From contig CAWDVP010000003.1 of NCBI GenBank assembly GCA_963805945.1, positions 96,001 through 160,000 on the forward strand: a stretch of DNA of 64,000 nt, read 5' to 3'. This stretch comes from Vulcanimicrobiota bacterium (GTDB taxonomy: Bacteria > Vulcanimicrobiota > Vulcanimicrobiia > Eremiobacterales > Eremiobacteraceae). Positions 19,936 through 30,670 of the stretch are shown here, one piece after another (the first letter of the stretch is position 1; every line of letters starts with the position of its first letter). The position numbers and the translations under genes are program-made. Under the pieces are notes generated by a model. The model was not told the DNA's origin. It saw only the letters and a program-made list of their open reading frames with translations, and ran no database searches.

Positions 19936-20520
19936 ATGACTCATCCGGGCGTCGGATTGCTTCGCCAGCGGCTCGCGGCGCGCGCGCCGCGCCGGCTGCA
20001 CGAGCCTGACGCCCGCCGGGCGGCGGTGCTGGTGCCGCTGGTCGGCGAGGACGCCGAGCTGCAGCTGATCTGCTTCGAGCGCACGCATGAGGTCCTGGAG
20101 CACAAAGGTGAGATATGCTTTCCCGGCGGCTCGATCGAGCCGCACGACGCCGATGAGGCGGATGCCGCGTTGCGCGAAGCCCACGAGGAGCTCGGGCTGC
20201 CGCGCGAGGCGATCGAGATCATCGGTAGCCTCGACGACGTGCACACCGTCGCCAGCAGCTACGTCATCACCCCGATCGTGGGGCATCTGAAGACCATGCC
20301 GCAACTCGTGCTCGATCCGATCGAGGTCGCGCGGCCGGTCGTCGTCTCGCTGGAGCAACTGCGGGCACCGGGCGCGGAGGGCATGGAGTGGCGCGAATGG
20401 CGCGGCACGCAGCGCCAGATCTTCCATTACCCGGTATCGGGCGGGCGCATCTGGGGCGCGACCGGCCGGATCCTGCACGACCTGCTCACGGTGTGGGCGG
20501 GCAACGCGGTGCGCTCATGA
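19936..20520 (+). CDS. Nudix CoA pyrophosphatase (NudL-like)
   Basis: [36 protein letters not shown]. Confidence 0.9.
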   Translation: MTHPGVGLLRQRLAARAPRRLHEPDARRAAVLVPLVGEDAELQLICFERTHEVLEHKGEICFPGGSIEPHDADEADAALREAHEELGLPREAIEIIGSLDDVHTVASSYVITPIVGHLKTMPQLVLDPIEVARPVVVSLEQLRAPGAEGMEWREWRGTQRQIFHYPVSGGRIWGATGRILHDLLTVWAGNAVRS

Positions 20521-22508
20521 GCGCGGTGAAGGCCTGCGAGCGTTGCGGCAAGCGCCCAGCGGCAGGCGTGCTGCCTGGATTCAAAGACGGCCGATTCACC
20601 AATGTGAGTATGTGCGACCAGTGCATGGAAGCGCAGAGCAAGAGCAATCTCGCGTTCGCGGGCGGCGCGGCGCTTGCCGCGCTCGCGCTCGGCGTCGGCG
20701 CGGTCGTGCTCGGCGAGCGCATCAGCCGACCCAATCGTGACGACGCGCCGCCTGCGGGGCCGATCCCGCCGCGCAGTCCGGTGTTCTCCGGCGCCGGCCG
20801 CACGCCGACGCTCAACTCGTTCTCGCGCGACCTCAGCCGCCAGGCGGCTGAGGGCAGGTTGGATCCGGTCGTCGGCCGCGACGTCGAGATCGAACGGGTC
20901 GTGCGCATCTTGGCGCGCCGCACCAAGAACAACCCGGTGCTCATCGGCGACGCCGGCGTGGGCAAGACCGCGATCGTCGAAGGCCTCGCGCAGCGCATCG
21001 CGCGCGGCGAGGTGCCCCGCACGCTCGCCGGCAAGCGCATCGTCGCCCTCGCGCTCGGCGGCGTGGTGGCGGGCACGAAGTACCGCGGCGAGTTCGAGGC
21101 GCGCCTGCAGCGCGTGATCGAGGAGCTGTCGCGCGCCAGCGACGTCATCGTCTTCATCGACGAATTGCACACCATCGTCGGCGCCGGCAGCGCCGAAGGC
21201 TCGACCGTCGACGCCGCCAACATGCTCAAACCCGCGTTGGCGCGCGGCGAGATCCGCTGCATCGGCGCGACCACGTTCGACGAGTACCGGCGCCACATCG
21301 AGAGCGACGAGGCGCTGGAGCGGCGTTTCGCGCCGATCGTCATCGAAGAGCCCTCGCCCGAGGCCGCGCTCGAGATGCTGCGCGCCAGCCGCGACCGCTA
21401 CGCGCGCCATCACGACGTGCGCATCGGTGACGCGGCGCTGCGCGCGGCCGTCCAGCTGTCCGCTCGGTATATCACCGATCGCTACATGCCCGACAAAGCC
21501 TTCGACGTGCTCGACGAGGCGGGAGCGCTGGTGGCGATGCGCGGCGGCGGCGAGGTCGGACCCGAGGACGTCGCGCGCGTCGTCTCGAGCTGGACCGGCG
21601 TGCCCATCGAAACGGTGGCCGCCGCGGAGGCGGAGCGCCTGCTCTCCTTTGAGACATTGCTGCGCAAGCGCATCGTCGGCCAAGACGATGCGGTCCGCGC
21701 CGTGGCCGAGTGCGTCCGCCGCGCCCGCGCCGGCATGAAGGAGCATCGCGGCCCGATGGGCGCGCTGCTCTTCGTCGGACCCACCGGCGTCGGCAAGACG
21801 GAGCTCGCGCGCGCCACCGCGGCCGCGCTGTTCGGCAGCGACGACGCCCTGCTGCGCTTCGACATGTCCGAATTCTCGCAGCCGCACTCGGCGGCGCGGC
21901 TCGTCGGCGCGCCGCCCGGCTACGCGGGGCACGAACGCGCAGGGGAGCTCACCGAAGCTGTCCGCCGGCGCCCGTATAGCGTCGTGCTGTTCGACGAGAT
22001 CGATCGCGCGCATCCGGAAGTTCTCGCGCTGCTGCTGCAACTGCTCGACGACGGGCGTCTCACCGACGCGCAATCGCGCGCCGTCGATTTCCGCAACGCG
22101 CTCGTCATCCTCACCGCGAACGCGCCCGCCGGCACCGATTTCGCGCAGCTCGGCGCGCAGTTCTCGCACGAGCTCATAAACCGGCTCGATGACGTCGCCG
22201 TCTTCCACCAGCTCGGGCGGGAAGATATCCGAGCGGTGGTCGCGCACGGGGTGAAGATGCTGGCGGCGGCAGCGGCCGAACAGGGTATCGCGCTGCGCGT
22301 GACGGATGCCGCGCTGGACGCGCTCGCCGCCGAGGCGGACGACCACCATCAGGGCGCGCGCCTCGTGCGGCGCGTGCTCGAGCGGCGCTTGAGCGCACCG
22401 CTGGCCAAAGCAGTGCTCGCGGGGACGTTCGTCCGCGGGCAAACCGTCAAGGCCGACGTGCGGCCGCAAGGAAAGATCGGGTTTGAAACATGCGATTCGT
22501 CGTCTTGA
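20517..22508 (+). CDS. Class I Clp/Hsp100 AAA+ ATPase with N-terminal CxxC/CxxC and hydrophobic segment
   Basis: [45 protein letters not shown]. Confidence 0.88.
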   Translation: MSAVKACERCGKRPAAGVLPGFKDGRFTNVSMCDQCMEAQSKSNLAFAGGAALAALALGVGAVVLGERISRPNRDDAPPAGPIPPRSPVFSGAGRTPTLNSFSRDLSRQAAEGRLDPVVGRDVEIERVVRILARRTKNNPVLIGDAGVGKTAIVEGLAQRIARGEVPRTLAGKRIVALALGGVVAGTKYRGEFEARLQRVIEELSRASDVIVFIDELHTIVGAGSAEGSTVDAANMLKPALARGEIRCIGATTFDEYRRHIESDEALERRFAPIVIEEPSPEAALEMLRASRDRYARHHDVRIGDAALRAAVQLSARYITDRYMPDKAFDVLDEAGALVAMRGGGEVGPEDVARVVSSWTGVPIETVAAAEAERLLSFETLLRKRIVGQDDAVRAVAECVRRARAGMKEHRGPMGALLFVGPTGVGKTELARATAAALFGSDDALLRFDMSEFSQPHSAARLVGAPPGYAGHERAGELTEAVRRRPYSVVLFDEIDRAHPEVLALLLQLLDDGRLTDAQSRAVDFRNALVILTANAPAGTDFAQLGAQFSHELINRLDDVAVFHQLGREDIRAVVAHGVKMLAAAAAEQGIALRVTDAALDALAAEADDHHQGARLVRRVLERRLSAPLAKAVLAGTFVRGQTVKADVRPQGKIGFETCDSSS

Positions 22509-22759
22509 TCGACTACACGGACATGGACGCGCGCAATCGCGCGCTCGAAGCGCACCGGGCGCATCTCGCCGCCGGCCGCGAGGCCGGAAAGGTGGTGGAG
22601 TCGGGCGCCTTCGCAGACGGCAAGGGCGGCATGTACGTGTTGGAGCTGCCCGACGAGGCTGCAGCGCGGGTTTTCGTGGACGCCGATCCATACCGGACGC
22701 AGGCGAAGCTTGCGATGACGATACGTCAGTGGAACAGCACGAAGGGCACGACGCCGTAA
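22490..22759 (+). CDS. YciI family protein
   Basis: R....AHRAHL....G.....GAF, F...DPY. Confidence 0.8.
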   Translation: MRFVVLIDYTDMDARNRALEAHRAHLAAGREAGKVVESGAFADGKGGMYVLELPDEAAARVFVDADPYRTQAKLAMTIRQWNSTKGTTP

Positions 22760-22761
22760 CG

Positions 22762-23531
22762 ATGGCCGCTCAGTTCGACGCCGTCAAAGAAGCGACCGAC
22801 GCGTTCTCGTTGCTGTTCAAGGGGCGCAACTGGCTCTTGGGTGCGCCGACCGTCGCCGGGCTCTTCATCGTCATGGTCATCGTCGGCGTCGTGCTGGTGT
22901 TGGCGATCGGGCCGGATATCTTCCGCCAGATCCTGGGCGGCTCGCAGACGCCCGAGATCTCGCCGGGCGGATCATCGTGTTCGTCGTGTCGATAACGCTC
23001 GGCGTCCTGCTCGCCACCGCCGTGAGCATCTTCACCTACGCGTGGACGCTGGTGGCCGCGGAGCCTGTATGGCTCGGGCAAGAACCGGCCTGGGACCGGG
23101 GCTTCAATCGGGCGGCGAAAAAACTGCTCAGCCTGGCGGTTTACGTGATCCTCGTCGGCCTCATGTCGATCGTGTCCATCATCACCATCGTCGGTCCGAT
23201 CATCATCGCGTTCTTCACGATGTACGCGCCCGCACGCATCCTGTTCGCTGACAGGACGGCGACGGACGCGATCGGCGATTCGTTCAAGATGGCGAGCGAG
23301 AACATCACGCCGACGATGATCCTCGTGCTGGCGTTCATCGTCGTCTACATCATCGGGTTCGTCGTCGTCATGGCCTTGGGGTGGATCCCGCTCGTCGGCA
23401 TCGTCGTCCAGTTGGGGTTCCAATGGCTGTTCAGCGCGTATATCGCGCTCGCCATCGTGCGCTTCTACGACATCCTCAACACGTCAAGCGGCGCGCCGCC
23501 GTTCTCGATCATCCCCGAGACGAACGTCTAG
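22762..23531 (+). CDS. Integral membrane protein, frameshift near 22970; paralog of 26914-27690
   Basis: FDAVKEATDAFSLLFKGRNW N-terminus; hydrophobic C-part in another frame. Confidence 0.65.
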
Positions 23532-23549
23532 GGGCCTCATCGGTCCGAT

Positions 23550-23614
23550 GTAAGGGCCGATCTTTAGATCGGCCCTAAGCCTGTCCATGTAGGGGCCGAT
23601 CTTTAGATCGGCCC
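23550..23614 (+). repeat. Two REPs upstream of the RAYT (23550-23575 GTAA variant; 23589-23614)
   Basis: GT(A/A)(A/G)GGGCCGATCTTTAGATCGGCCC twice in direct orientation. Confidence 0.9.
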
Positions 23615-23653
23615 TCTCTAGACGAGCTCCCGCGACGCCTTGATAAAGAGCGA

Positions 23654-24109
23654 GTCACCCAGCGCCCGCCTCGCCTCAAGGCGTTTGACTATCACGCAGC
23701 TCGTTCATACTTCGTCACGTGGTGCGTGCGCGAACGAAGGCCTGTATTCCGGGATGCTTTGCCGGTTAACATCGCACAGGATACGATTCTCGACTTTAGA
23801 CAACGAGCTTGGTACGCTCTCTATGCTTACTGTGTGATGCCTGACCACATACATGTTGTCATGAAGTCACTGGGCGGTGAGAGACCTCTGTCGCGCATCG
23901 TGGCCACGCTCAAGGCGAGCATCGCGCATCGTTGCCGTTTGGCGGGAGTTTCTCTTGAGTGGCAGCACGGCTACTATGATCGAATCGTGCGAGAGTACGA
24001 ACGGTCGGACGAGTTCGTCAAGTACGTCCTGCTCAATCCCGTGCGAGCAGGGCTCGTCGTGCGCTTCGAAGACTATCCATATGCCGGCCTGGTCGATGCG
24101 TGGCACTAG
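23654..24109 (+). mobile_element. REP-associated tyrosine transposase (RAYT/TnpA-REP, Y1 HUH); start codon uncertain
   Basis: Frame reads RLKAFDY...YFVTWC upstream of the listed GTG; YCVMPDHIH (HUH), WQHGYYDRIVR, YVLLNPVRAGL...DYPY; flanked by REPs. Confidence 0.9.
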
Positions 24110-24180
24110 GAGCCGACCTAAAGGTCGGCCCCTACACACGGCGTGCAAAAAAAGGGGCCGATCTAAAGATCGGCCCCTAC
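24110..24180 (-). repeat. Two REPs downstream of the RAYT (24110-24135, 24155-24180)
   Basis: GAGCCGACCTAAAGGTCGGCCCCTAC; GGGCCGATCTAAAGATCGGCCCCTAC. Confidence 0.9.
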
Positions 24181-24195
24181 AGACGTCGGCTGGTG

Positions 24196-25101
24196 CTAGG
24201 CGGAGTGCTCCTTCAACATCTGGTGGATGCGGCCCGTGATGGCAAGCGAATCATCCCACTTGCGCTGCCAGAGGTTGCGCCCGAAGATCAGGCCGGTGAC
24301 GCCTGCCTCCATCGCCACACGCGCCTTGCGCAGCAGATCGTCGTCGCCCATCTTGCTGCCGCCCGAGAGCAGCACCAGCGTGCGCCCCGCCGACTTGACG
24401 ACCTTCGCGATCGCCTCTTCCTCGGTGACCTTCAAGGTGTTGTAGGGCTTGGGCTGTTTGTCGAGATCGCCGCTGACCTTGGGCTCGTTGAGCTTCACGA
24501 TATCCGCGCCCATCTCGCACGCCATGCGCGCGGCATAGTCGACCGCGTAGAGCGAATCCTGGCCGCCCTTCTCCTTGATGGCGGAACCGCGTGGATACGA
24601 CCACACGACGAGCGGCATGCCGTAGCGATCGCAATCTCGGCGCACCGCATCGAGCTGCGCGATGTCCTCGGCCTGGCGCGGGCTGCCTACGTAGAGCGTG
24701 TAGCCGACCGCATCGGCGCCGATGCGCACCGCGTCCTCGACGCCTGACGTCATCGGGGAGAAAGGGGCGTCGTCGCTGGGCACGTTGGTCTTGCCGTTGA
24801 CCTTGAGCAGCAGCGGTATCTTGCCGGCGTACGGACCGAAGTATTTCTTCGCCAGCCCTATATGGCAGGCGACCCCCGAATAGTTGCCGTCGATCGCCAA
24901 GCGGAAGATGTAGTCCATGTCGATGCTCTCGGGGTTGTCGAAGAAGTCGACCGGACCATGTTCGATGCCCTGGTCGATCGGCAGCATGAGCAGCGTGCCG
25001 TTGGCGGGCCCGTATTCGTACAGCATCCGATGAAGCCGGGCGTGTTTGCCGGGCGGGAGCCGTAGATCGGAGAGCGTGGGCCGGCGCACCTTCGTCAACA
25101 T
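24196..25101 (-). CDS. Class I fructose-bisphosphate aldolase (DhnA/FbaB type)
   Basis: LPIDQGIEHGP, GADAVGYTLYVGS, WSYPRG, MGADIVK, IFGRNLWQ. Confidence 0.92.
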   Translation of the reverse strand: MLTKVRRPTLSDLRLPPGKHARLHRMLYEYGPANGTLLMLPIDQGIEHGPVDFFDNPESIDMDYIFRLAIDGNYSGVACHIGLAKKYFGPYAGKIPLLLKVNGKTNVPSDDAPFSPMTSGVEDAVRIGADAVGYTLYVGSPRQAEDIAQLDAVRRDCDRYGMPLVVWSYPRGSAIKEKGGQDSLYAVDYAARMACEMGADIVKLNEPKVSGDLDKQPKPYNTLKVTEEEAIAKVVKSAGRTLVLLSGGSKMGDDDLLRKARVAMEAGVTGLIFGRNLWQRKWDDSLAITGRIHQMLKEHSA

Positions 25102-25219
25102 GAAAGACCTCCAGCAGTGAGGCGGAAGTCCGGGGCTTCTCCGCGCCGCCGCCGGGCACCTAGGGTCGCGGTCGCCGCGTGCAGAGAAGAAAGCGCGGCC
25201 GCGCGTCAAATGAGAGGGC

Positions 25220-26233
25220 GTGGACGTATACGACATCACCGTCATCGGCGGCGGACCAAGCGGCTTGTTCGCGCTGTTCTACGCCGGCATGCGCGGCGCG
25301 AAGGCCAAAGTGATCGACGCGCTGCCGGAACTGGGCGGCCAGCTCTACGCGCTGTACCCGGAGAAGTACATCTACGACATGCCGGGCATCCCGGCGATCA
25401 CCGGTCAGGCGCTGGTGAACGATTGCGTCGAGCAAGCGTTCCAGTGGCCGCACGCCAAGTGCCTCGAAGAGCGGGTCGTGCACATCGAAAAGCTCGCGGA
25501 CGGCACGATCAAGATCCTCACCGACAAAGCCGAGCATCACAGCCGCACGGTCATCCTCGCATCGGGCATCGGCGCGTTCACGCCGCGCAAGCTCGCCGCG
25601 CCATCGGCGGCCGCCTTCGAGGGCAAAGGCGTGCACTACTACGCGCGCAACTTCGACGTCTTCGCCGGCCAGCGCGTCATCGTGGTGGGCGGCGGCGACT
25701 CCGCCGTCGACTACGCGCTCGCGATCGAGAAGAAAGCCAAAACGGTGGCTGTCGTGCACCGCTCGCAGTTCCGCGCGCATCCGCATACCGTCGAACAGCT
25801 GCGAAGTTCGCCGGTCAAGATCTATCAGCCCGATCACGAGATCAAAGAGGTCCATGGCGACGGCTTGGTCGAGGCGGTCACGGTTCTCCAGACCAAGACG
25901 AAAGAAGAAGAGCGGATCGAATGCGAGGCGGTGCTGTGCGCGCTCGGCTTCGTGTCCGATCTCGGGGAAGTGAAGAAGTGGGGCATCGAGCTCGACGGCA
26001 ACGGCATCAAGGTGGACACCGCCACCCAGGAGACGAGCGTCAAGGGCATCTACGCAGCAGGCGACGTCATCTCGCACGCGGGCAAGCTCAAGCTCATCGC
26101 CTGCGGAACGTCTGAGGCGGCGATCGCCGTTAACCAGGCGATGAACTACATGGACCCGAGCCAAAAAGTGCAACCGGTGCACTCGAGCAATCTCACCCTG
26201 CCGATCTCCGCGAAGGTCGGCGCGCAGCCGTGA
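25220..26233 (+). CDS. Ferredoxin-NADP+ reductase (TrxR-like, YumC type)
   Basis: IGGGPSGL, GGQLYALYPEKYIYD, GGGDSAVD, IYAAGD, KLKLIA; no CxxC. Confidence 0.88.
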   Translation: MDVYDITVIGGGPSGLFALFYAGMRGAKAKVIDALPELGGQLYALYPEKYIYDMPGIPAITGQALVNDCVEQAFQWPHAKCLEERVVHIEKLADGTIKILTDKAEHHSRTVILASGIGAFTPRKLAAPSAAAFEGKGVHYYARNFDVFAGQRVIVVGGGDSAVDYALAIEKKAKTVAVVHRSQFRAHPHTVEQLRSSPVKIYQPDHEIKEVHGDGLVEAVTVLQTKTKEEERIECEAVLCALGFVSDLGEVKKWGIELDGNGIKVDTATQETSVKGIYAAGDVISHAGKLKLIACGTSEAAIAVNQAMNYMDPSQKVQPVHSSNLTLPISAKVGAQP

Positions 26234-26850
26234 TCGCCGCGATCGCCGTCGCGGCGGCGATGAGCCAGGCCGTGACGCATTCGCCGGCCGAAACGGTGCT
26301 GCACAACATGGCCGCGGTCAACGCGTCGGTGAAATCGTATGAGGTGCGCTGCCATTTCGACGCCTCGGTGCGCACGTTCATCACCCTGCCACTCGCGCTC
26401 GACGCGACCTATTACTTCAAGCAGCCCGATCATGCACAGCTCGTCTTCGACACCGTGCCGACGTACGCGAAGAGATTCCAAGACTTCTACGCGTCGTCCG
26501 GTACGCCGGCGACGTGGCCCAAGAGCTATCGCGTGAGCCTGCAGCTGCCGGCGGCCAGCAACCCGGCCGGCATGCTCGTGCTGCGGCTGGATCCGAAAAA
26601 GCAGAGCAATCTCGACTACGTGCTCATGACGGTCGACCCTGCCAACTACGGCATCGTCGCCCAGCAATGGATGTACAAAGACGGCTCGAGCATCAACGTG
26701 ACGCAGAGCAATGAGATCGGCGCATCGTACGTGCTGCCGAAGCAGGAGACCGCCGACTTCAACTTCCCGCGCTACAAGGCGCACGTGGTGGCCGCGTTCG
26801 GCGACTATCAGATCAACGCGCCGGTCGACGACTCCATCTTCACGAAATAA
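26230..26850 (+). CDS. LolA-like fold secreted protein
   Basis: YYFKQPD near N-terminus, INAPVDDSIF C-terminus. Confidence 0.55.
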   Translation: MIAAIAVAAAMSQAVTHSPAETVLHNMAAVNASVKSYEVRCHFDASVRTFITLPLALDATYYFKQPDHAQLVFDTVPTYAKRFQDFYASSGTPATWPKSYRVSLQLPAASNPAGMLVLRLDPKKQSNLDYVLMTVDPANYGIVAQQWMYKDGSSINVTQSNEIGASYVLPKQETADFNFPRYKAHVVAAFGDYQINAPVDDSIFTK

Positions 26851-26877
26851 AAAGGGACCGGCAGTGCCGGTCCCCCT
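26850..26877. terminator. Probable intrinsic terminator
   Basis: AAAA-GGGACCGGC-AGT-GCCGGTCCC between convergent genes. Confidence 0.65.
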
Positions 26878-26913
26878 CGTTCGTCCTCTATAGTGTCCGA
26901 GCGAAGCTCGGGT

Positions 26914-27690
26914 TTACGCGGTCGGTGCCGCGGGAGCCGCCGTCGCGCTGCCCGTGAGCAGGCTGTAGAAGCGCATGCTGGCGAGCGTGGCGTACGCGCC
27001 GACGAGCGCACCCACAGCCAGGCCGATGATGTTGCCGAGCAGCGGTATCATGCCGAGCACGGCGTTGATGATGCCCGAGGCGACGCCGACCACGATGAAT
27101 CCTAAGAAGAGCATCGCGGTCGGGCCGAAGTTCTCGCGCGAGAGCTTGATGGACGCGCTGATCGCGCCGGTGCCGCTCTCGTTCCCCATCATGATGTAGG
27201 GCAGGCAATACAGGCAGAACAGTCCGATCAGGATCGGCACGATCACCGTCCAACCCAAGAGGCAGATCACGAGCGCAGCGATGATGCCGAAGACCAGCAG
27301 CGGTCCCAGCTTCGCCATCGCCTTGTTGAAGCCGCCGCTGATATCTGGATCGCCGCCGCCCCACATGGGCGCTGCGGCCGCGTACGCCCAGCCGTAGGTG
27401 AACATGCCGATGCCGAAGGCGACGAGCACGCCGACCAAGACGAGCAATCCGCCGAAGCCCAAGAGCGCAGGCAGGATCGCGGCGGGCGACATGTGGCCGG
27501 AGGCGCCGCCGTACATCGCAGCGGCGATGGACGGACCGAGCGCCAGGACGAAGGTGAGGCCGACCACGGCCACGGCCACGAGCGTGCCGATCAGCAACGG
27601 CACGGCCAGCATCCAGTTCTTCTTCTGGAAGAGCAATGAAAACGTTTTCGTGAGCTCAGCGACGGCATCGAATGAAGCGGTCATCGTCAT
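26914..27690 (-). CDS. Integral membrane protein; paralog of 22762-23531
   Basis: [29 protein letters not shown]; several TM helices. Confidence 0.7.
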   Translation of the reverse strand: MTMTASFDAVAELTKTFSLLFQKKNWMLAVPLLIGTLVAVAVVGLTFVLALGPSIAAAMYGGASGHMSPAAILPALLGFGGLLVLVGVLVAFGIGMFTYGWAYAAAAPMWGGGDPDISGGFNKAMAKLGPLLVFGIIAALVICLLGWTVIVPILIGLFCLYCLPYIMMGNESGTGAISASIKLSRENFGPTAMLFLGFIVVGVASGIINAVLGMIPLLGNIIGLAVGALVGAYATLASMRFYSLLTGSATAAPAAPTA

Positions 27691-27824
27691 CTCCTCGACG
27701 GACGGGAAAATTGGCCGCGCCTCAGATGTCTGTGCGACGTCGGCGGCTGGATGGGCCGTTCGCGCGGCAGGAGGTTTCCCCTTTGTCACACCCCGGGCCG
27801 GGAATCGCTCCGGTATCCCGCAGA

Positions 27825-28646
27825 ATGGAAACAATCCCAAACATAGATGTGCGGAGCAACACTGTGACCGACGAACTGGTCGTGGCCGGACGCGCCTTCC
27901 AATCGCGTCTCATCGTAGGCACCGGAAAATTCTCGAGCCCCGAAGTCATGGCAGACGCGCTCGCCGCGGCGCAGACGCAGCTCGTCACGGTCGCGCTGCG
28001 GCGCGTCGATCTCGACGCGCCGGCGAATCCCATCACCGATTTCATCGACCGCGATCGCTATCTCATCATGCCGAACACCTCGGGCGCCGCTGACGCGGCC
28101 GAAGCGGTCCGGCTCGCGCGCTTGGCGCGCTCCGCCGGATTGCCGACGTGGATCAAGGTCGAGGTGATCCCCGATCCGCGCTACCTCATGCCGGACCCGA
28201 TCGAGACGCTCAAGGCGTGCGAGCAGCTCGTCGCCGATGGCTTCACCGTCTTGCCGTACATCCAGGCGGATCCGGTGCTTGCCAAGCGGCTTGAAGAGGT
28301 CGGCGTCGCCGCCGTCATGCCGCTCGCCGCGCCGATCGGCTCCGGCCGGGGTATGAAGATGGAGACGGCGATCGCGATCATCATCGAGCAGGCGACCGTG
28401 CCCGTGGTCGTGGACGCCGGACTCGGCGTGCCGTCGCACGCAGCGGCCGCCATGGAGATGGGTGCGGATGCGGTGCTCGTGAACACCGCCATCGCCGCCG
28501 CCGCGAATCCCGCGAAGATGGCGCGCGCCTTCGCTCTCGGCGTCGAAGCCGGGCGCAGCGCGTGGCTCGCGGGAAGATCCCCCGAATTGTCGACCTCATC
28601 GGCGTCGAGCCCGCTCACCGGGTTTCTCGGCTCGCCGCAGCGCTGA
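27825..28646 (+). CDS. thiG: Thiazole synthase
   Basis: [43 protein letters not shown]. Confidence 0.95.
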   Translation: METIPNIDVRSNTVTDELVVAGRAFQSRLIVGTGKFSSPEVMADALAAAQTQLVTVALRRVDLDAPANPITDFIDRDRYLIMPNTSGAADAAEAVRLARLARSAGLPTWIKVEVIPDPRYLMPDPIETLKACEQLVADGFTVLPYIQADPVLAKRLEEVGVAAVMPLAAPIGSGRGMKMETAIAIIIEQATVPVVVDAGLGVPSHAAAAMEMGADAVLVNTAIAAAANPAKMARAFALGVEAGRSAWLAGRSPELSTSSASSPLTGFLGSPQR

Positions 28647-28651
28647 ACGCC

Positions 28652-29786
28652 ATGGGGTTCTCCAGCGAATACGATCCGGCCGTCGTCGCCGAACTGCTCG
28701 TGCGCAACAATCGCGCCTCGACAGGACGCGGTGCTCGCCGCGGCGCGCGGCGGTGCGCCGACCCCCGAGCGCGCAGCCGCGTTGCTGTCGCCCGCTTCCG
28801 ACGATGTGCTGGAGGAGCTCGCCGCGCTCGCGCACGCGTCGACCGCGGCGCGCTTCGGCAAGACGATCGGGCTCTACGCGCCGCTCTACCTCTCGAACGA
28901 ATGCGTCTGCACGTGCACGTACTGCGGCTTCTCGATGGGCCTGCCCATCAAACGCCGCACCCTGCGCATCGACGAGGTCGTGCGCGAGGCGCGCACGCTC
29001 GCGCAGCGCGGCATCCGCAACATCCTGCTCGTCTCGGCCGAACATCCCAAGCACGTCGGCGTCGAATACGTGGCGCAGACGGTGCGCGAGACGAAGCTGA
29101 TCGCCCCCTATGTCGCGCTGGAGATCGCCGCGGCAGATGAAGATGATTACCGCCGCTATGTCGCCGCCGGCTGCGACGGCATCGTGCTGTACCAAGAGAC
29201 CTACGATCCGGTCGCGTACGCCGCCCACCATCTCGGCGGCCCGAAGAAGCGCTTCGCGTGGCGCCTGGACGCTCCCGAGCGGGCGTCGCGCGCCGGCGTG
29301 CGCCACCTCGGCATCGGCGCGCTGCTCGGCTTGTCGGACTGGCGGCACGAGGCGCTCGCGCTCGTGATGCACGCGCGTTGGCTCGAGCGGCACTGCTGGC
29401 GCTCGCAGATCAACGTGTCGCTGCCGCGGATCAATCATGCGGAGGGCGGCTACGTGCCAAAGCACGCGGTCGATGACCGCGATTTCGTGCATTTCCTCAT
29501 CTTCTTGCGTTTGGCGCTGCCGACGGCGGGCATCTCGCTCTCGACGCGCGAGACCCCCGAGATGCGCGAGCGTCTGGTGCCGCTGGGCGTGACCTTGATG
29601 AGCGCCGGGTCGAGCACCGAGCCGGGCGGCTACGGCGAGCCCGGTGCGGCAGGTGAGCAATTCGAGCTCGAGGATCTGCGCTCGCCCGCGGAAGTCGCCG
29701 CGCGGCTGCGCGCGCTCGGCTACGATCCCGTCTACAAGGATTGGGAGATCATGGCGCCGGCGGTGCACGAGGCGGCGGCTGGATGA
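28652..29786 (+). CDS. thiH: 2-iminoacetate synthase (radical SAM), frameshift near 28725
   Basis: YAPLYLSNECVCTCTYCGF, YQETY, LSTRE, SAGSSTEPGGY; in thi operon. Confidence 0.9.
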
Positions 29787-29992
29787 GCGCGGTGACGTTC
29801 TCCGCCAACGGCAAACGGCGCAGCGCGGATGCGGGCACGACCGTCGCGGAGCTGTTGGCCGCGGCAAAGCTCGAGCCGATGCAGGTGTTCGTGGAGTACA
29901 ACGGCGAGCCGCTTGAACGCGACCGCTTCGGCACGACGACGCTCGCCGAAGGCGACGCGATCGAGATCGCGCAGATGGTCGGAGGTGGATAG
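29783..29992 (+). CDS. thiS: Thiamine sulfur carrier
   Basis: VEYNGE...GDAIEIAQMVGGG. Confidence 0.92.
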   Translation: MSAVTFSANGKRRSADAGTTVAELLAAAKLEPMQVFVEYNGEPLERDRFGTTTLAEGDAIEIAQMVGGG

Positions 29993-29993
29993 C

Positions 29994-30659
29994 GTGGCGA
30001 CGGTCTCGCGGCGCCTCGACGCCATCGCGCTCTATCTCGTCATGGGGCCGCCGCGCGCGCCGGTGCGCGATCTTCTAGCGGCCGCCATCGATGGCGGCGT
30101 CGGCATGGTGCAACTGCGCGACAAGGCGCTTGCGGACCGCGACCTCGTCGCGCTCGCCGCCGCCTGTGCGACGTTCTGCCGCGAGCGCGGCGTGCCGTTC
30201 ATCGTCAACGATCGCGCGGACATCGCGCTCGCCGCGGGCGCCGACGGCGTGCACGTGGGGCAAGACGACCTGCCGGTGGAAACGGCCCGCGCGCTGCTCG
30301 GACCGCAGCGCATCATCGGCGTCTCCACGCACACGCCGCAGCAGATCGATGCCGCGCGGGCGACGAGCGCCGACTACATCGGCGTCGGCCCGATCCACGA
30401 AACGCCCACGAAGCCCGGCGTGGCTGCGGTGGGCACCGATCTCGTCCGCTACGCCGCCGCGCACGCGGGCCAGCCGTTCTTCGCGATCGGCGGCCTCGAC
30501 CCGGCCAACGTGGCCGAGACCATCGCCGCGGGTGCCTCGCAAGTGTGCGTGCTGCGCTGGGTCACGCAGGCGGCTGATCCACGCCGCGCGGCGCGCGAGA
30601 TGCGCGACGCGATGCAGGCGGCGACGCGCTCCATGCCGGACGCCGCGTCGGCCCGCTAG
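29994..30659 (+). CDS. thiE: Thiamine-phosphate synthase
   Basis: VQLRDK, IVNDRADIA, GVHVGQDD, GPIHETPTKP, AIGG. Confidence 0.95.
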   Translation: MATVSRRLDAIALYLVMGPPRAPVRDLLAAAIDGGVGMVQLRDKALADRDLVALAAACATFCRERGVPFIVNDRADIALAAGADGVHVGQDDLPVETARALLGPQRIIGVSTHTPQQIDAARATSADYIGVGPIHETPTKPGVAAVGTDLVRYAAAHAGQPFFAIGGLDPANVAETIAAGASQVCVLRWVTQAADPRRAAREMRDAMQAATRSMPDAASAR

Positions 30660-30670
30660 CACTTGACGCC

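Noticed and set aside
23550..24180. REP clusters as a CRISPR array
   Set aside because: At most two adjacent copies, irregular short spacers, mixed orientation and no cas genes
27691..27824. TPP riboswitch upstream of thiG
   Set aside because: No CTGAGA core or downstream TPP consensus on the coding strand
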